Positions 27,798 to 40,875 of a DNA stretch of 64,000 bases are shown in pieces (the first letter of the stretch is position 1; each line of letters starts with the position of its first letter). The notes under the pieces were generated by a model that was not told the DNA's origin, searched no databases, and saw only the letters and a list, made by a program, of their open reading frames with translations. Position numbers and translations under genes: made by a program. The stretch comes from Lama glama (lineage: Eukaryota), in the NCBI GenBank assembly GCA_028534125.1, contig CM052816.1, positions 72,790,001-72,854,000 on the forward strand, read 5' to 3'.

Positions 27798-29584
27798 TAA
27801 TAGTGTTCAGAGAAGTAAATTGTGCCCTCTATCAAAACTATAATGAGCTAAAGTGTTTATAGGGGGAAAACACAATCTGTTCCCTAATTTGAAGTTTCAT
27901 CAAGATGTACCTTTTATTTCCAATGTCTCTCTTAAATAAGAATTTTAAAAAATCTGAATTTGCATTCACAGAAAAATGTTACATGTTTCAGAATACATGA
28001 TGTTACATAAACGTATTATCATGGTTTATGTTCTATCATTTTTCAACAGTAGAAAGAATATAAAGACTTCTCCAGTAGGTGTGAGAAAAATATGTTAGCT
28101 GATTAAATCCGGACAGGCAGTCACTGCACGTCTCTCTGTGCCTCTATGTGTGGTGCCATAGTAATTTATATTACAGTCCATATGCATAGTGGAACATATG
28201 TTGCCCTTATATCTAGATAAGTCACCACCCCCTCCAGTCTTTAACAGCTACTATCATGCATTCTTACACACAATGTGTTAATTAAAATGATTGCTGCTCT
28301 AAACTTTTCTCAGAAAAAAGACAAAGAGTACATTTGTGCAATAATTTATTTATTAGATTTTTTTTTGATGCTGAATTACTGTAGTTGGGATAATAAGACA
28401 GTACTTAAATTATTGACCAAACATCAGTAACTTTCTGACAGATAAATAAGAATATTTTATAACTGAAGGAAGAATTTATAATGTGGGAGCTCTGTTGAGC
28501 ATGGCAGAATATATAATATGCACCTTGCAAAAGAGCAGATCTGAAATAATGGTTAAAATAGTTCTAGAATATTTCCCCTAGTGAGTGATAACAGTTTAGA
28601 CTCATAATTACTTGCAAAACAGGCAAAGATCCTTTCATTTGTGACTTTATTTACTGAAGTTTTCAATACTTTAATCACACAATAGGAAAAGGGAGCCCAA
28701 ATTCTTTATTTTTCATGAATGTAATTACACTGGCACTGACTATTACAGTGAGTCAGCTGATATTTTATTACTGAAGTAATGAAAAGATGAACCACCAAAA
28801 TTGCTTTGAGGTTCATTTTAAAATAAAGCCTCCCATTAAACTGGAAAGAACAAAGGACATAATAAGGAAGAAGAAACTTCATACAGTCATTATTTTGACT
28901 AAAAATTGTATGCTCAATAGAATTTGGGCAAATTTATGGGGATTTAAGATAAGATTACAACATGGTACGTGTTTCTGTTACACAGTTTCTTTGTCCCTTT
29001 AGTAGATACTGCTTTTCATAAAAATGCTCTTTTCCCCTTTCCTATGCTTACATCGTTGCTGTATATTTTCTTAAAAGTGAACAATCTTTAATTTCCAGGA
29101 TTGCATTTATTATATTGCAGATTAAGTCAGTTCACCATTTTTATGTTTTTAGACCTGCCCTGTAAGACACATTTAACTTGGGAACCCAATTTATTCAACT
29201 ATGTAGTCATAAAATATTTATATGCAAAGATATTATGATGTTTGCCATAAGTCAAGTCATCAACTTCTTGATCTTACAAGTGTTTAATAGAGGACAAGGA
29301 TACTAGGGTAACTTTTTGTTACTTTCTGACATTTGGAGCAAATTAATCAGGAACTACTTATCAAAAGTATATAATTTTTTTTTTGTCTCCAAATCCAGAT
29401 CTATCAAGAAGTTACATTCTAGAATACTGTTCTCATTTTCTAGTCAGCATAATTCAGGTCTTAAAAACATTTTTACTTTAAAAAATTTTTACTTTTATGA
29501 ACAATATATGTCTTCTTTTCAATCTTATATTTTATAGTGTATGATTGATTTACAGCTTCTTTTCTGATTCAGCCACTTTGGATT

Positions 29585-30270
29585 TTTTTTTTTTTAGATA
29601 AAATGCTCCTAATATAAAATTCACCATTAACTAGTGAATTTTAAAGTGTACAGCTCAATGACATTTAGTCCATTCACAGTGTTAAGCTACCAATACTATC
29701 TAGCTCTAAGACATTTGCATTCTTTAAGCATTTCACAGTCACTCCCCATTTTCCCCTCCGCCAACTCCAAGGCAACTACTGGTCTGCTTCCTTTCTTTTT
29801 TTTTTTTATTTTTTTATTTTTTTTTACATTTTTTTATTGATTCATAATCATTTTACAGTGTTGTGTCAAATTCCAGTGTTCAGCATGTTCAGCACAATTT
29901 TTCAGTCATTCATGGTGCTTCCTTTCTATTGATTTCCGTATCCTGTATGTTTCATATGAATGCAGTCATATAATACGTGACCTTTTTGAGGCTCATCAGG
30001 TTTGTATCATGTTTTAGAGCTTCATTCCTTTTTGTGTCTGATTAATATTCCATCATGTGGATATAACATACTTTATTTAGCCATTTATCACTTGACAGAC
30101 TTAGTTGTTTCCACCTTTGGCTATTGTGAATAGTGCTGCTATTAACATTTGTGTACAAGTATTTGTTTGAGTACCTGTTTTCATTTCTTTTAGGTTTATA
30201 CCGAGGAGTGGAATTGCTGGGTCATAGAATAATTCTAGGTTTAACTTTGAGCAACTGATGAATTATTTTT
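29585..30270 (-). mobile_element. L1 (L1MB-type) 3' region, antisense
   Basis: 'ttttaaagtgtacagctcaatgacatttagt...gttgtttccacctttggctattgtgaatagtgctgct...ggagtggaattgctgggtcata'. Confidence 0.85.
29797..29915 (-). mobile_element. Young 5'-truncated L1 tail (119 bp) with 12-bp TSD
   Basis: TSD tgcttcctttct at 29785-29796 and 29916-29927; poly(T) tract followed by L1 3'UTR-like sequence. Confidence 0.85.
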
Positions 30271-31149
30271 CAGTTAATATTTGTCTTTAGGTGTATTGGA
30301 ACCATCTGCCAGGGATGTCTGCAAAATTAATATTGATGTCATTTTCACTGCCGTGTACCCAGTAATAACATATTTTTGATGTAAGCGAAAAAACTCTACC
30401 CAATAGCTTTTATAGCAGCCATTCAGAATGTGCTGGGTGGTTCAAGCACCTAATCTAGCTCCAGAATTCACTCCTAGACATGAGACTCTACTGTCTCTCC
30501 ATCACTTATCATACTCTTCGGCTCCGGTGAACATATTGATCATGTCTAGTCTGCTGCAGGTCTCCTAGCTCACTATTTTAGTTTGGAATCTTGAGAGTCA
30601 TTTAATTCTTCCTTCTAAGGGAACATCTCTTCATTGTGGATCCCCCCAGGTTTAAGTAGTTCTGTCATCCCAAGCAGTAGAATAAGGTCCTCTGATTATG
30701 AGAGCTTTATCTGCACAGTATACTAATGCTAACAATCTGATAAGGTTATCGTGTCAGCCATCCTCATTGCCATTATTATTATTTTCTCTCTTAGCCAAAA
30801 AAATGTGTCCTGATCTTTACATTGTCACAGTGCAGATTAAACTTTGACTTGAAATACATTGTATGCTGCTGATTTCATGAGCTATCATGTTTTGTATTCT
30901 CTTACATTTCAGACAGCTGCATTTTCCCCGTCTTTTAAATATGGACTTTGGTGTAAGATGGGTGGTATTTAAAATGAGCCTTTCCCAGTGCTTTGCTGTG
31001 GATTACCAGCAAGCTGCAGAGTTTCTACTACTTGCCATTGAACAAGCTGAACTTCAGAAATATCCAAACACCATGTTTGGTTTTGGTTTTGTTTTTTTCT
31101 CTAATTGGTGTTTTAACTTAATTTAGTGAAGTTCATCTTTTCTGGGCAA

Positions 31150-31850
31150 ATTAAATCTCTCCCCACCCCCTACCTAGGACTTTTGGGGGCTGGAAGAACC
31201 AGGAGTGAGGAAGGTAGGTGTGCTCTGTAGGCTCTCCTCTCTCTTCTATGGTGAGCCCACCAGGAGCTGTTCTTCGTCTTCTCATTAAGGTAGAATAGCC
31301 CTGGGGAGGACAGGGGAGGGAAGAGGCAGTTTGAATGTGCCTACTAGAGCTGTTAAACGAGTGTCCCTGGGTGGGTCTGGCAGTTGATTAAAGCTGGCAC
31401 TTTATTTGAGAGATTCTTTTGGGCATTTTCATTGAGCCCCACTGAGTCCCTCTCCTGTATTTCCTGAGATGAGACCCTGAGAATCAAGCAGTCATCTCCA
31501 GCCTCTTTCTGCTGAGGGCTCCTTGCTCTGCCAAGAGGCATTCTTGCACAGGACCTAAGATGTAATGCTGGCCCTCCCATATGGTTCGGTTTGGTCCACA
31601 GAGAAGCATGCATGTGTCTTTCCCTTAGCCCATCTCTCTGCACTCTGCTGCCTCCTCCACTAAAGCAAGTGAGGAGCCTGTGTCTGGACTCCTTCGATTC
31701 CTTGACAGAAGTCAGAACCCCATGTCCACAGGCTATTTACATGTTTTCAGATGTGATTCAGGCCCCAGACTCATGTCTCCCAACTATGAAAACTTGTTTC
31801 AAAGATCCCCAAATGGTTTTCTTGGAGTTCCCCTGACAGGTTAAGTGTTA
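31150..31850. mobile_element. Probable ancient LTR (LTR78/MamGypLTR-like)
   Basis: Abrupt GC-richer block with LTR-like composition; family only loosely recalled. Confidence 0.35.
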
Positions 31851-33551
31851 GAAGGTGGCCTTCCTATACCCCTGACCCACAGTGGGTTAGGAAAGGGACT
31901 TACAGAAGAGCAGTCATTTTCTTCAATCTGTTCACTATTGTCTTCAGAAAAACTCTCACTCTATCCTCTGACTTCTGTAGAGCTTCGATGAGACTGAGAC
32001 TCCAGGAGTCTTGATCCTTGGATCCCAGTTTACTATAGTAAACCCGTGTAGGAGAGAGCCTCTTCCACAAGCAGTATTCTGATAGCTCAGATTAGGAGCT
32101 CCGTGAACATGAGGAGGGAAGGGTGAGTCCCAATCTAGCAACATTTTAGACCTTTCTTTATCTCAACTCTTCTCTAACCGTCTTCCACAGATAATGTAAA
32201 TAAATCACAAATATATACATACATATATAAGGTTTACTATTGAATTACATAAGTGATTATTTCCTGGTCAAATCAGTTTGGAAATGTTGATTGAAGCAAT
32301 GAACTGAAGTGGAGTTTTTTGCTGTAAATGTGTGTACCCTAGACATTTAAAATTTTGTCTCTGCCCTCCATACCAAACCTCTATGTATTTTAAGTAACTG
32401 ATGTACACTTTGGAACATACCTATCTAGACAAACTCCCCACAGTGACTATTCCTTTTTTTTTAAACTGACCTTGGGTAGTTACTACCTTCTCTAGACATA
32501 TCCACAGCACATTTAGTCTTTATGAAATGAAACTGCTTTGAATCACTGTGTGTCTTTATACTATTGTGTCTTAGTTCTTACATTTGGACACCCCTGGGAA
32601 GCCTACTATTATTTCTTGACTTGTCACTCTCTTTCCTGTCAAATAATTATAGTAATAGCAGCTCTTAGGTGTGCAGTTTTCCCTCTGTAATAGGCAATAA
32701 TTTTAACACAATACACATTATGAATTTAGAGTAAGAAAATTTCAACTCGTCTTGGTATACTTGATGTACATGAATGATTTTTAGTGTGAAATTTGAACAT
32801 AAAAAAATTTAATTATATGAAGAAATTATCAAATTGAAATAACTTTGTATACTGAATAGCTTCTGTATTCAGGAAGCAGAGTGTATATAAATCCCAGGCA
32901 GATCCAGGAATTATTTGTTTAAATAGACTGTGCTTTCTAATGGTAGGGCACGAGGCAGTGAGCCAGTGCTGCTTAGAGCTTCAAATAGTGATTATGTTGC
33001 ACAAAATTGTAAAAATTACTGATTCTCAGCTTAATAATGAGAAGAAATTAAAATTCTGAATTTATCCAAATGGGAAAAATGATAAAATTTGTCCATATCA
33101 AAAAGAGTTTATAGGATGCCCATTAAAACCCCTTTGGAATAAGAAGGTGAAGTTTTATGTAAGTAGTCTCTGAACCATACAAGTGAGGTTTTTTTAATGT
33201 AATCTTGCATGAAACTATATTTAATTATACAATTTTATGTAATCAAATCAAAAATTTTATATCCTAAACCTAGTCAGTTCAGGCAAATCTGTTTTTTCTT
33301 TGATTTGATAGCCCATAGATACTTATTCTTTCCTTGTAAATGAAAGACTACAATCAGGACTGTCACATTGATTTCTTATTCCATAGAAATATTTGTTAAT
33401 CAGCCTAAGTCTAATTTTCCAAATTTGTATAAACTAATGGTAAGACCATTAACAGAAGACTGGGCACCAAGACCTGCTCTCATTTTCAAGCTACTCAATC
33501 CCATTTGCAAGAAAGCAAATTTCATATCATTTAAAATAAAGTGATTGTGGC

Positions 33552-33554
<3 letters not shown>

Positions 33555-33598
<44 letters not shown>
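33555..33598. repeat. (TA)22 microsatellite
   Basis: Perfect TA run. Confidence 0.97.
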
Positions 33599-33602
<4 letters not shown>

Positions 33603-36479
33603 TTCATATATATTTTCCTTTCTTGGTAAAATGCCCTTCAAGGAGGATTTGTGTGGAAGAGGAATGGTGCCAAATCAACTTTTCAGCTCTTTTGGATCTT
33701 ACAGCCAAATCTCTCTTTCAGCCAGATAATTTTTGTTCTCTCAACAAAAATGATTCTGACCTACGTGCCACACCTTTCATCCTCTCCCTTTACATACTTA
33801 TCCCTTTCACTGTTTACACAGGTTCTGCCCTTCCCTTTGGAAGGCTGTGACATCTTCTCTGATAATTCCAACCTATAATAATATATTTATTGTGTATATT
33901 CTGTCTATTCAAGGGGAGGATAACACCATGATGGGAAGACCTGTATCTCTGCTCTTGTGTATTTCATCCCCACACATAGAAACCTCAGTACTGTGATGCT
34001 GAGGATAAAACAGGGCTCAGAGGGGACAGTGAGGATTAAGTATAATTACAGGTGTCCAGCTTTTATTTCAGCACATGAATGGGAATAAGAGTTCATATTT
34101 TGAACTTTTCTGAATGCTGTCACTTGAGTATACATGAGAGCATCTTTTTAAAAATATTTATCCTGTTTATTCACATGGATGCAAACATACTGTCTCTGGT
34201 GTTACAGCAAGTGCTTATTTATGTAGGTAGGTAGGTAGGTATGCATTTAGCTCAAACACAGATCACTTTTTGAAAACTAAATTTTCAATATGCTTCCTCT
34301 TCTGAGATTCTGAGACTGATTTCCTGTAAGTAAAAGGTATATTATCAAAATGTCTTTCATCAAGGTTGAAGCCATTTCTTGGTTGCTGGATTGATCAGTA
34401 GTGTGTTCTGCTTTAGGACAAGATGGAATTCTTTGTTTCAGGAAGAAGGATGGGTCAATTTATCACTGATATCGTGTAATTCTGAATCCTCAATTGAAAA
34501 AAAAAAGAGAGAAATTCTAAGACCAGAGTAATGGCAGATCGAGAGCAATGGCAACTGGCCATGATGGTTTATAAATAATACTATTGTTCAGTTAAAAAGA
34601 AAAAAAAGTTACATCCTATGCTGCAAACCATCTTCATTATATCAAGAAATTAGTCAATTGAGCTACTAATTTGTTTTACTAGTTTTGTAGGCTGGAATCG
34701 TATTGGTCTTCAGAACAAAGGGGTTTTGGGATTATAATGATCTTGAACTTTGAAAATCATATCGACCCAGTACTTAAATGAAAAATAACCTGAAACCCTC
34801 ATTTTCACTGGGAGCGTTTTTAGGGGGAAGAGGTAGCTCTAAAATCTATGTGCCTTCAGCAAAATGTTTCACTTGGTTTTCTTCCATATTCGTAAGTGCC
34901 TTCTTCCTTCCTTTACAAATGAGAATGCCGTGAGCACAACTCCCACATGGTTCCTTAATTAGCCAGAAAGATTTCCAGTTCAGCTATACTATATGCTTGT
35001 GCTTCCCAGGAGCTGAATTTAAGGTACTCTGATATGTTAAAGTGGTAGTATTGCCAAGTGTTCCCAGGCAGAACATCCTTCGACTGGGAATATCTGCGAG
35101 ATTTTTCTCATAGGAAAACAGCAGTGTCATAGCCCTTGGATTAGCTTCATGTGGCCACTTGAGCTGCTAACAAGTCAGACTCCTGGCAGAATAATAACAT
35201 TACATGCTCAGCAGGAAAAAGATTTTTTACATTAACTAAGTACTGTTGTTAAGATAGATACAAGTAAAAGGAGGGAGTTTGAGGCTATTAATTTAACCAA
35301 GGAGAAAAGTAGAATTTTGCCAATTGTAAATCTCTTATGCTACTGATTTTAATCTTTGTATTTTAATATATCCCACTGAGAGACAGGGTATCCCCTTCAC
35401 TCAGTGATACTTTCTATACCAATACTAGATTTTCTATGCTGAGATTTCCTGCATCTTTGTTGTAGATGTTCATGGTTTCAAGTGTGTACAGATTGCTAGA
35501 GATTTGTCCTCACCAATCCTTCATTTAGTTCTTTGCAGTTTATATTTAATATTGACAGAACATCTGACAGCTTCTTGTAATGCTTCTAAAGTAGAGCTGC
35601 ATTTTCTACTGTTTTCTTTTATTGATTGATGTATGGATTTAATTTTTTAGAAATGTCTGGATTTTCATTTGAATGAGCTCCCTGAAGTTCTCTTTCACAT
35701 GCTTTGCTGTATTGTACCTGTGTCCTTTATATGTCATACAACCAAATACACAGTTGAGCGCTAACACAAGGCAGATCTTATCACCCGGGATCCACTAACC
35801 TGACAAGAACCCACAATGGACAGGAATCACTGAGTGTACTTGCATTTGTTTAGTTATATCTCTGGGATCTATTGGAAATGGGCCTTGAAGAACACAGAGG
35901 AAATCAGCAGGCAGAGATAGTCACCATGGGAGAAATGTCCCAGAAAAGAGCTCTAATTTTGAGAAGACTCCTGGCAGACAGGAATAAAATGTGCAAAGGC
36001 CCAAAGGTGGCTGTGTGTGGGGAATATGAACTGTCTATTTTGAATGAAGCAAAAACTACCTTGCTGGGCAAAGTATGAAATAAGATTGGGTCATGATCCA
36101 CTGAAGAATAGTTTTCAATGCTGGAGTGATGAGACTGTCCAGTAGGAAAAGGCTGTCCCTTGCAAAATTTTAGCTATGGGAGGTAGTCATTGAAGCTGCC
36201 GTTTAGGAAAATAAATCACAGCAGTGCATGAAATACAGTGTACTCCGAACCTAGGTTGTATGGTTCTGCGAGCAAATAGATCACTTCATCAATGCTTACT
36301 AGTAGAATCATTAGAACAAACATAGTAAACAGGGCAAGAATGTCAGCCTTTCAAGTCTATAGGGATACTCTAATCAATAAAACTGCCAGAAACAACGGTT
36401 TTTTATAAAGAAGTAGGATCCAAATAGTCTTGGGAGTTAAGATGTCGTGTGAGTTGAATCTCAAGTATTCCACTTTGTA

Positions 36480-37075
36480 TCCAGTTGATGCATGTTTATT
36501 GAAGGCTTACTATGAGTCAGGCCTGGTACTAGTTGCTACACGTACAAAGGGAGCAGATTGATATGGGACCTTCCCTCATCAGGCTTCTTGTACTACACTG
36601 GGGCAAGCGACGGGCATCACACTCAACGACAAGGTTCACAGAAAGCAATAAATTATTATAAAAAATTTTAGTGCTGAGAAAGGAAATGTAAAGCTCATGC
36701 TAAGAGATTTTAAGGCTTTGACTTGATTCATAGGGTGGGGTGAGAGAGAAGAAAAAATGGTATTTAGGAAATGACCTGAAGAATGAGTAGAAGTAAGATA
36801 GTGAACAGCATGGGACTGAGTGTGAAAAAGGTGGCCATGATTCAGGAACAGACAGGAAGAAAGTGTGACAAGAGCAGAGAGAGAAGTGAAATGGCCCAGG
36901 ATGAGGCTGGAGAGACTGATGCGGGTCACAGTGAAGGCACCTCTTAGGCCATCTTGTATTTTAGACTAAATGCTATGAAAGTCTAGTAAGAATTTGAAGC
37001 AGAAAAGTGGTACAATTAAATTTTTTAAAGAGTGTTCGGTCAACAATATGTACAATAGATTAAAGGAAAGCAAAA
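36480..37075 (+). mobile_element. L2 LINE segment
   Basis: 'atgtttattgaaggcttactatgagtcaggcctggtacta...gaccttccctcat...gacctgaagaatgagtagaagt'. Confidence 0.75.
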
Positions 37076-37129
37076 AAAGCCTAGTGTTCTTTGGCATTAG
37101 GTAAATGGGCCAGTGCTAACTTGCACAGA

Positions 37130-37802
37130 CCCAGGTAGGGTTTCAGTTTTAGCAGGTGGAAATATTAAACAGGCCACTCCAAACTGATTAAATACTACTC
37201 AGGGCAAATGCTGAGCTGCTGTAAGAAGGTGATCCAATGATTCAGTGACCTAAAGAACTACATAATTTGTGAAATGAGAGGCCAGGTCAGAGGGGTGGCA
37301 CTGCTCCAGATGGTCATTTTTAGAACAGAGTCTTCCAAACTGTTACTCCACTATCCCTTGGGATGGTATTCCCCAGCATTTAATATGCATCATGACTGCC
37401 TGGAGAGCGTGTTGAAACAGATTTGTGGGCCCCAATTCCAGAGTTTCTGATTCATTAGGCCCAAGGTGAGGCCTGAGAATTTGCATTTCCAACTATTTCT
37501 CAGGTGTCACTGCTGGTCCAGAGACTGGCCTTCAAGAACCACCACTGCTCTAAGGTATCATTCTTGACTGCAGGTCTGAAGCTATGACATGGACATGTCT
37601 GTCTTCTAGCTCCTGACAAGAGGAAGGAGAAAGACACACATCACTTCTACTTGCATTCCATTGGTGAGAAATTATACATGTTGTTATTTAAGGAAGCTGA
37701 GAAATGTAGTCTAATTGGGCAACTCTGCGGCCAGCTAGCAACTCTATATCATACAAGAGGCAGAGAACAGATTTAGGTGTGAAACTGGTAATCTCTGCCA
37801 CA
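37130..37802 (-). mobile_element. MaLR solo LTR (MLT1J/K-like) inserted in L2
   Basis: 'catcacttctacttgcattccattggtgagaa...gctgagaaatgtagtct...aatctctgccaca'. Confidence 0.75.
37362..37548. mobile_element. MER5A nested in MLT1
   Basis: 'gggccccaattccagagtttctgattcattaggcccaaggtgaggcctgagaatttgcatttc'. Confidence 0.85.
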
Positions 37803-39946
37803 GATACTAAAGCAAAAATAAAGAATTAGGAAAATGCTTGAAATTTTCTAGGAAGCATACACTTTGGATGGGTCATGGAGCACTTGTTTCAACAATAGTA
37901 GATACATTGCCTAAAGCCATTTGTATTGGACTGGTAAGTAACAGAGAGCCATTGAGATTTTGAATATATCCTGACTCTGTAAGAAGGTAGATGCTAGAGA
38001 ATGAGGAGATATGTGAAACAAGAGATGATGGAAATGTAAAATGGAGGGAAGAACTTATGTCTTCCATTAAGCCGTATGTTAGTAAACTTGGAATGTGTTA
38101 TCTAGAATGCTTCTTATGCACTGTCTTATCTACCGGGTTAATGAAATATCTTAAAATTAACCATCAGTGGAATGTATACTCTCTATTAACAAACATATTA
38201 CTGTTATAAAAAAAATCTATTTTATAAAAAACTTAGGTATCAATAATTTTATTTCCTCTTGCTTTTCAATTGTGATCTGATTATTCATAATGAATCACTA
38301 ACATGGATCTTCTCTGTCATTATCAATGAAAAACAATTTGTATAAAGCAAAATTACACCAGATGTATCATAAATAGCATTCACTATTCACTGTCTGAAGT
38401 CAGAAATTTTTCCTTTCTGAAAAATGTATGAAATGAAATAAGAACTCATGAATTTTGAATTGAGTATATTGATAGTTTGAACTTGGAATACAAATTTAGA
38501 ACTCTTGATACACAAATGAAGCAAGCACAAACCATTTTAATGCAAAATATTTTCAATTTTTTTCTGACTATACCCATTTTACTTAAATAATACAATAATA
38601 ATAACAATATGTAATATTATGTTTATTATTATTATATTATTGTTGACAAAAACAAAATACAATAATACAATATTTTACTTAAAGTGTATCTTATTTTATC
38701 AACTGAATGTATAATGATAAGGATAATGACCATTATCAGGTGATAATATAAGATATAATTCAGATGATAATATAAGAGATGATTATAGTCCATATTCACT
38801 GCTTAAGCTTTGCCAAGTGAAATTATTTTAGAATGTATGTTCATTTTCAGTGATTTCTTACTATCCTCCTACTTCACCGAGTTACTATTAAAATTAATGA
38901 AGTAAAAATTTGAAAGTTATTTAAGCAGTTGGTGAAAGGCACTATTGAAACACCTAGCATTAGCATATTTAATAAAGAATGACTTTCAACTTTAGAATTA
39001 TAGTTTTATTAAGTGACAGGCTCCAAGATGTCTATTAAATGATGAAAATAGATTATTTCGATTTTTTCCTCAATGGAAATATAAAATACTGAATTTCATT
39101 TTAAGGTTATGATTTCTTCTTTCATTTACCAGTGGTGGGCTGATCATTAAAGCACCAAATTATTTTTTAGTTATTAACATAAACATCTCACTTACTTGGA
39201 GCTCAAATTGCTAGTAATCATGACTTCCTAAGTTAAGCCCCACCCCAGAATTTAGTGGAAAAGCAACACATTAGAAGTAGATGCAGAGCTGCTAAAGGTA
39301 GGTGCATGGAGATGAATGGGGGAAAAGGATCTATAAGTGAGAGCAAGAAGAGGAAAATGATAAAACCAGATTTAGCAATTAAGAAGCCAGCCCTATGGCA
39401 CAATGCAATGTAGGTCCAAACCCTGCCTCTCTGTGAAGGACTCCCATCCCACATCTGACCTCTACCAAATGTCGATCAATTTATAAAATGTGTTTGTATT
39501 ACAAAGAGAGTTCCTTCTGTTTTGTTGGCATCTGGCAGGCAAATTTTAAAGCTCATCTAGTCCTACAGAATTTGGGGTCACAGATGCTGTTAGAGGTGAG
39601 GAGGTTCCAAATCACACAATGGCAATGGCCAGAAAATAATGCACAATTCATGCTTCCCCCAAAAGCAGTGAACATCTCAAACAGACACATGGGGCACAAG
39701 TGAAAAATGGTAATTATGGAATTTTGTTTTCCAGTTTGCCCAACCTTACTTTTTGTTTTTAATTGCATCTGCCATTTAATTTCTCCATATTTTTCAACCA
39801 AAATGTTTAGTACTTAAAAACAATCCAGAAATCCTAAAAGTGAAAAAAACAACCAAACAAAAAAACCCCAAAACACTAAAAGCCACTTTTTAAAAGGTGA
39901 TAAACATTACTTAAAATGTCAGGAAAATTTACGATTAATTCAAAGA

Positions 39947-40005
39947 ATGTTGTAAAATGATTATAAATCAATAAAAAAAAAGTTTGAAAAAAGAAAAAAG
40001 AAAAA
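39947..40005 (+). mobile_element. Ultra-short young L1 tail (59 bp) with 10-bp TSD
   Basis: TSD aattcaaaga at 39937-39946 and 40006-40015; 'tgtaaaatgattataaatcaataaaaaaa' matches the 29797-29915 element with one mismatch. Confidence 0.8.
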
Positions 40006-40510
40006 AATTCAAAGACAGACTATTCTGAAGTATATTTAAATGTTTTTAAAGGGTGAAAGTGTGAAAGCCTTAATTGTTTGGAAGTTTTCTTTATTGAAAT
40101 ACTGTTCCCTGATTGAATGACTCATTCTTCCCATCTTGGCAGTAATAGTATAGTGTTCTGTCTAGTCATACAAGCTCCAGGAAGTTGTATGTTGGAGAAA
40201 TGACAAAATTTAAGACTTTAAATTTAAAAATCAATTCTCTTTTCTTTCTATAAATGATCCCGATGACTAGATTCCAAACTTTAAAACATTCATAAATTAT
40301 GCAATCACAGTGATCATTCCTTCTATTAGCAATATGAAAAATCTAGCATAAAGAATGCTGTATCATTGTATCTTACAAGCATATTATAAAATAGCATCCC
40401 CTTTTCATCTCAAATTTAGATCTTAATGACTGGAAGTCGAATCTATACAATTCGTAAGAGTCATAGCAAAGAAAATAGTCAGTATTCTGAGAATGAGTGT
40501 GCATGAGGCT

Positions 40511-40875
40511 TATCAGGGTTAGAACATATCTATAAGAACTATAAAAACATTAATAAACAGAAATCTTAATTCAATAGAGTTGGGAGAACAGACGGAAGAT
40601 CTCTCACACCTTGCAGCAAGAGCAGAGCCCAACAGGAAGAAAAATAACTCCCCTTCTGTGTTGGCAAGGTCTCAACCAGTGAAAAGCCATGGACTCTGTT
40701 TAGTATAGCTTTTCCAATTTCCTTTTCCTCTCTTTAAGAGTTCTTCCCTTGCCGTGCGAGGACTTGCACATAGCTCGCCATGGTTCCAGACCCCAAACTG
40801 CAATTCTCTCCTGATCCCTAATCAACCCATCTTCGCTAGAGAAGTATCTGGCAGTCAACCTGTTTCTGGTCAACA
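40511..40875 (+). mobile_element. ERV1 solo LTR (MER34-like)
   Basis: 3' end 'ctgcaattctctcctgatccctaatcaacccatcttcgctagagaagtatctggcagtc...ggtcaaca'. Confidence 0.65.

Noticed and set aside
33541..33850. IY-repeat ORFs (also 55808-56002, 23787-24011)
   Set aside because: Translations of (TA)n or (TAGA)n microsatellites.
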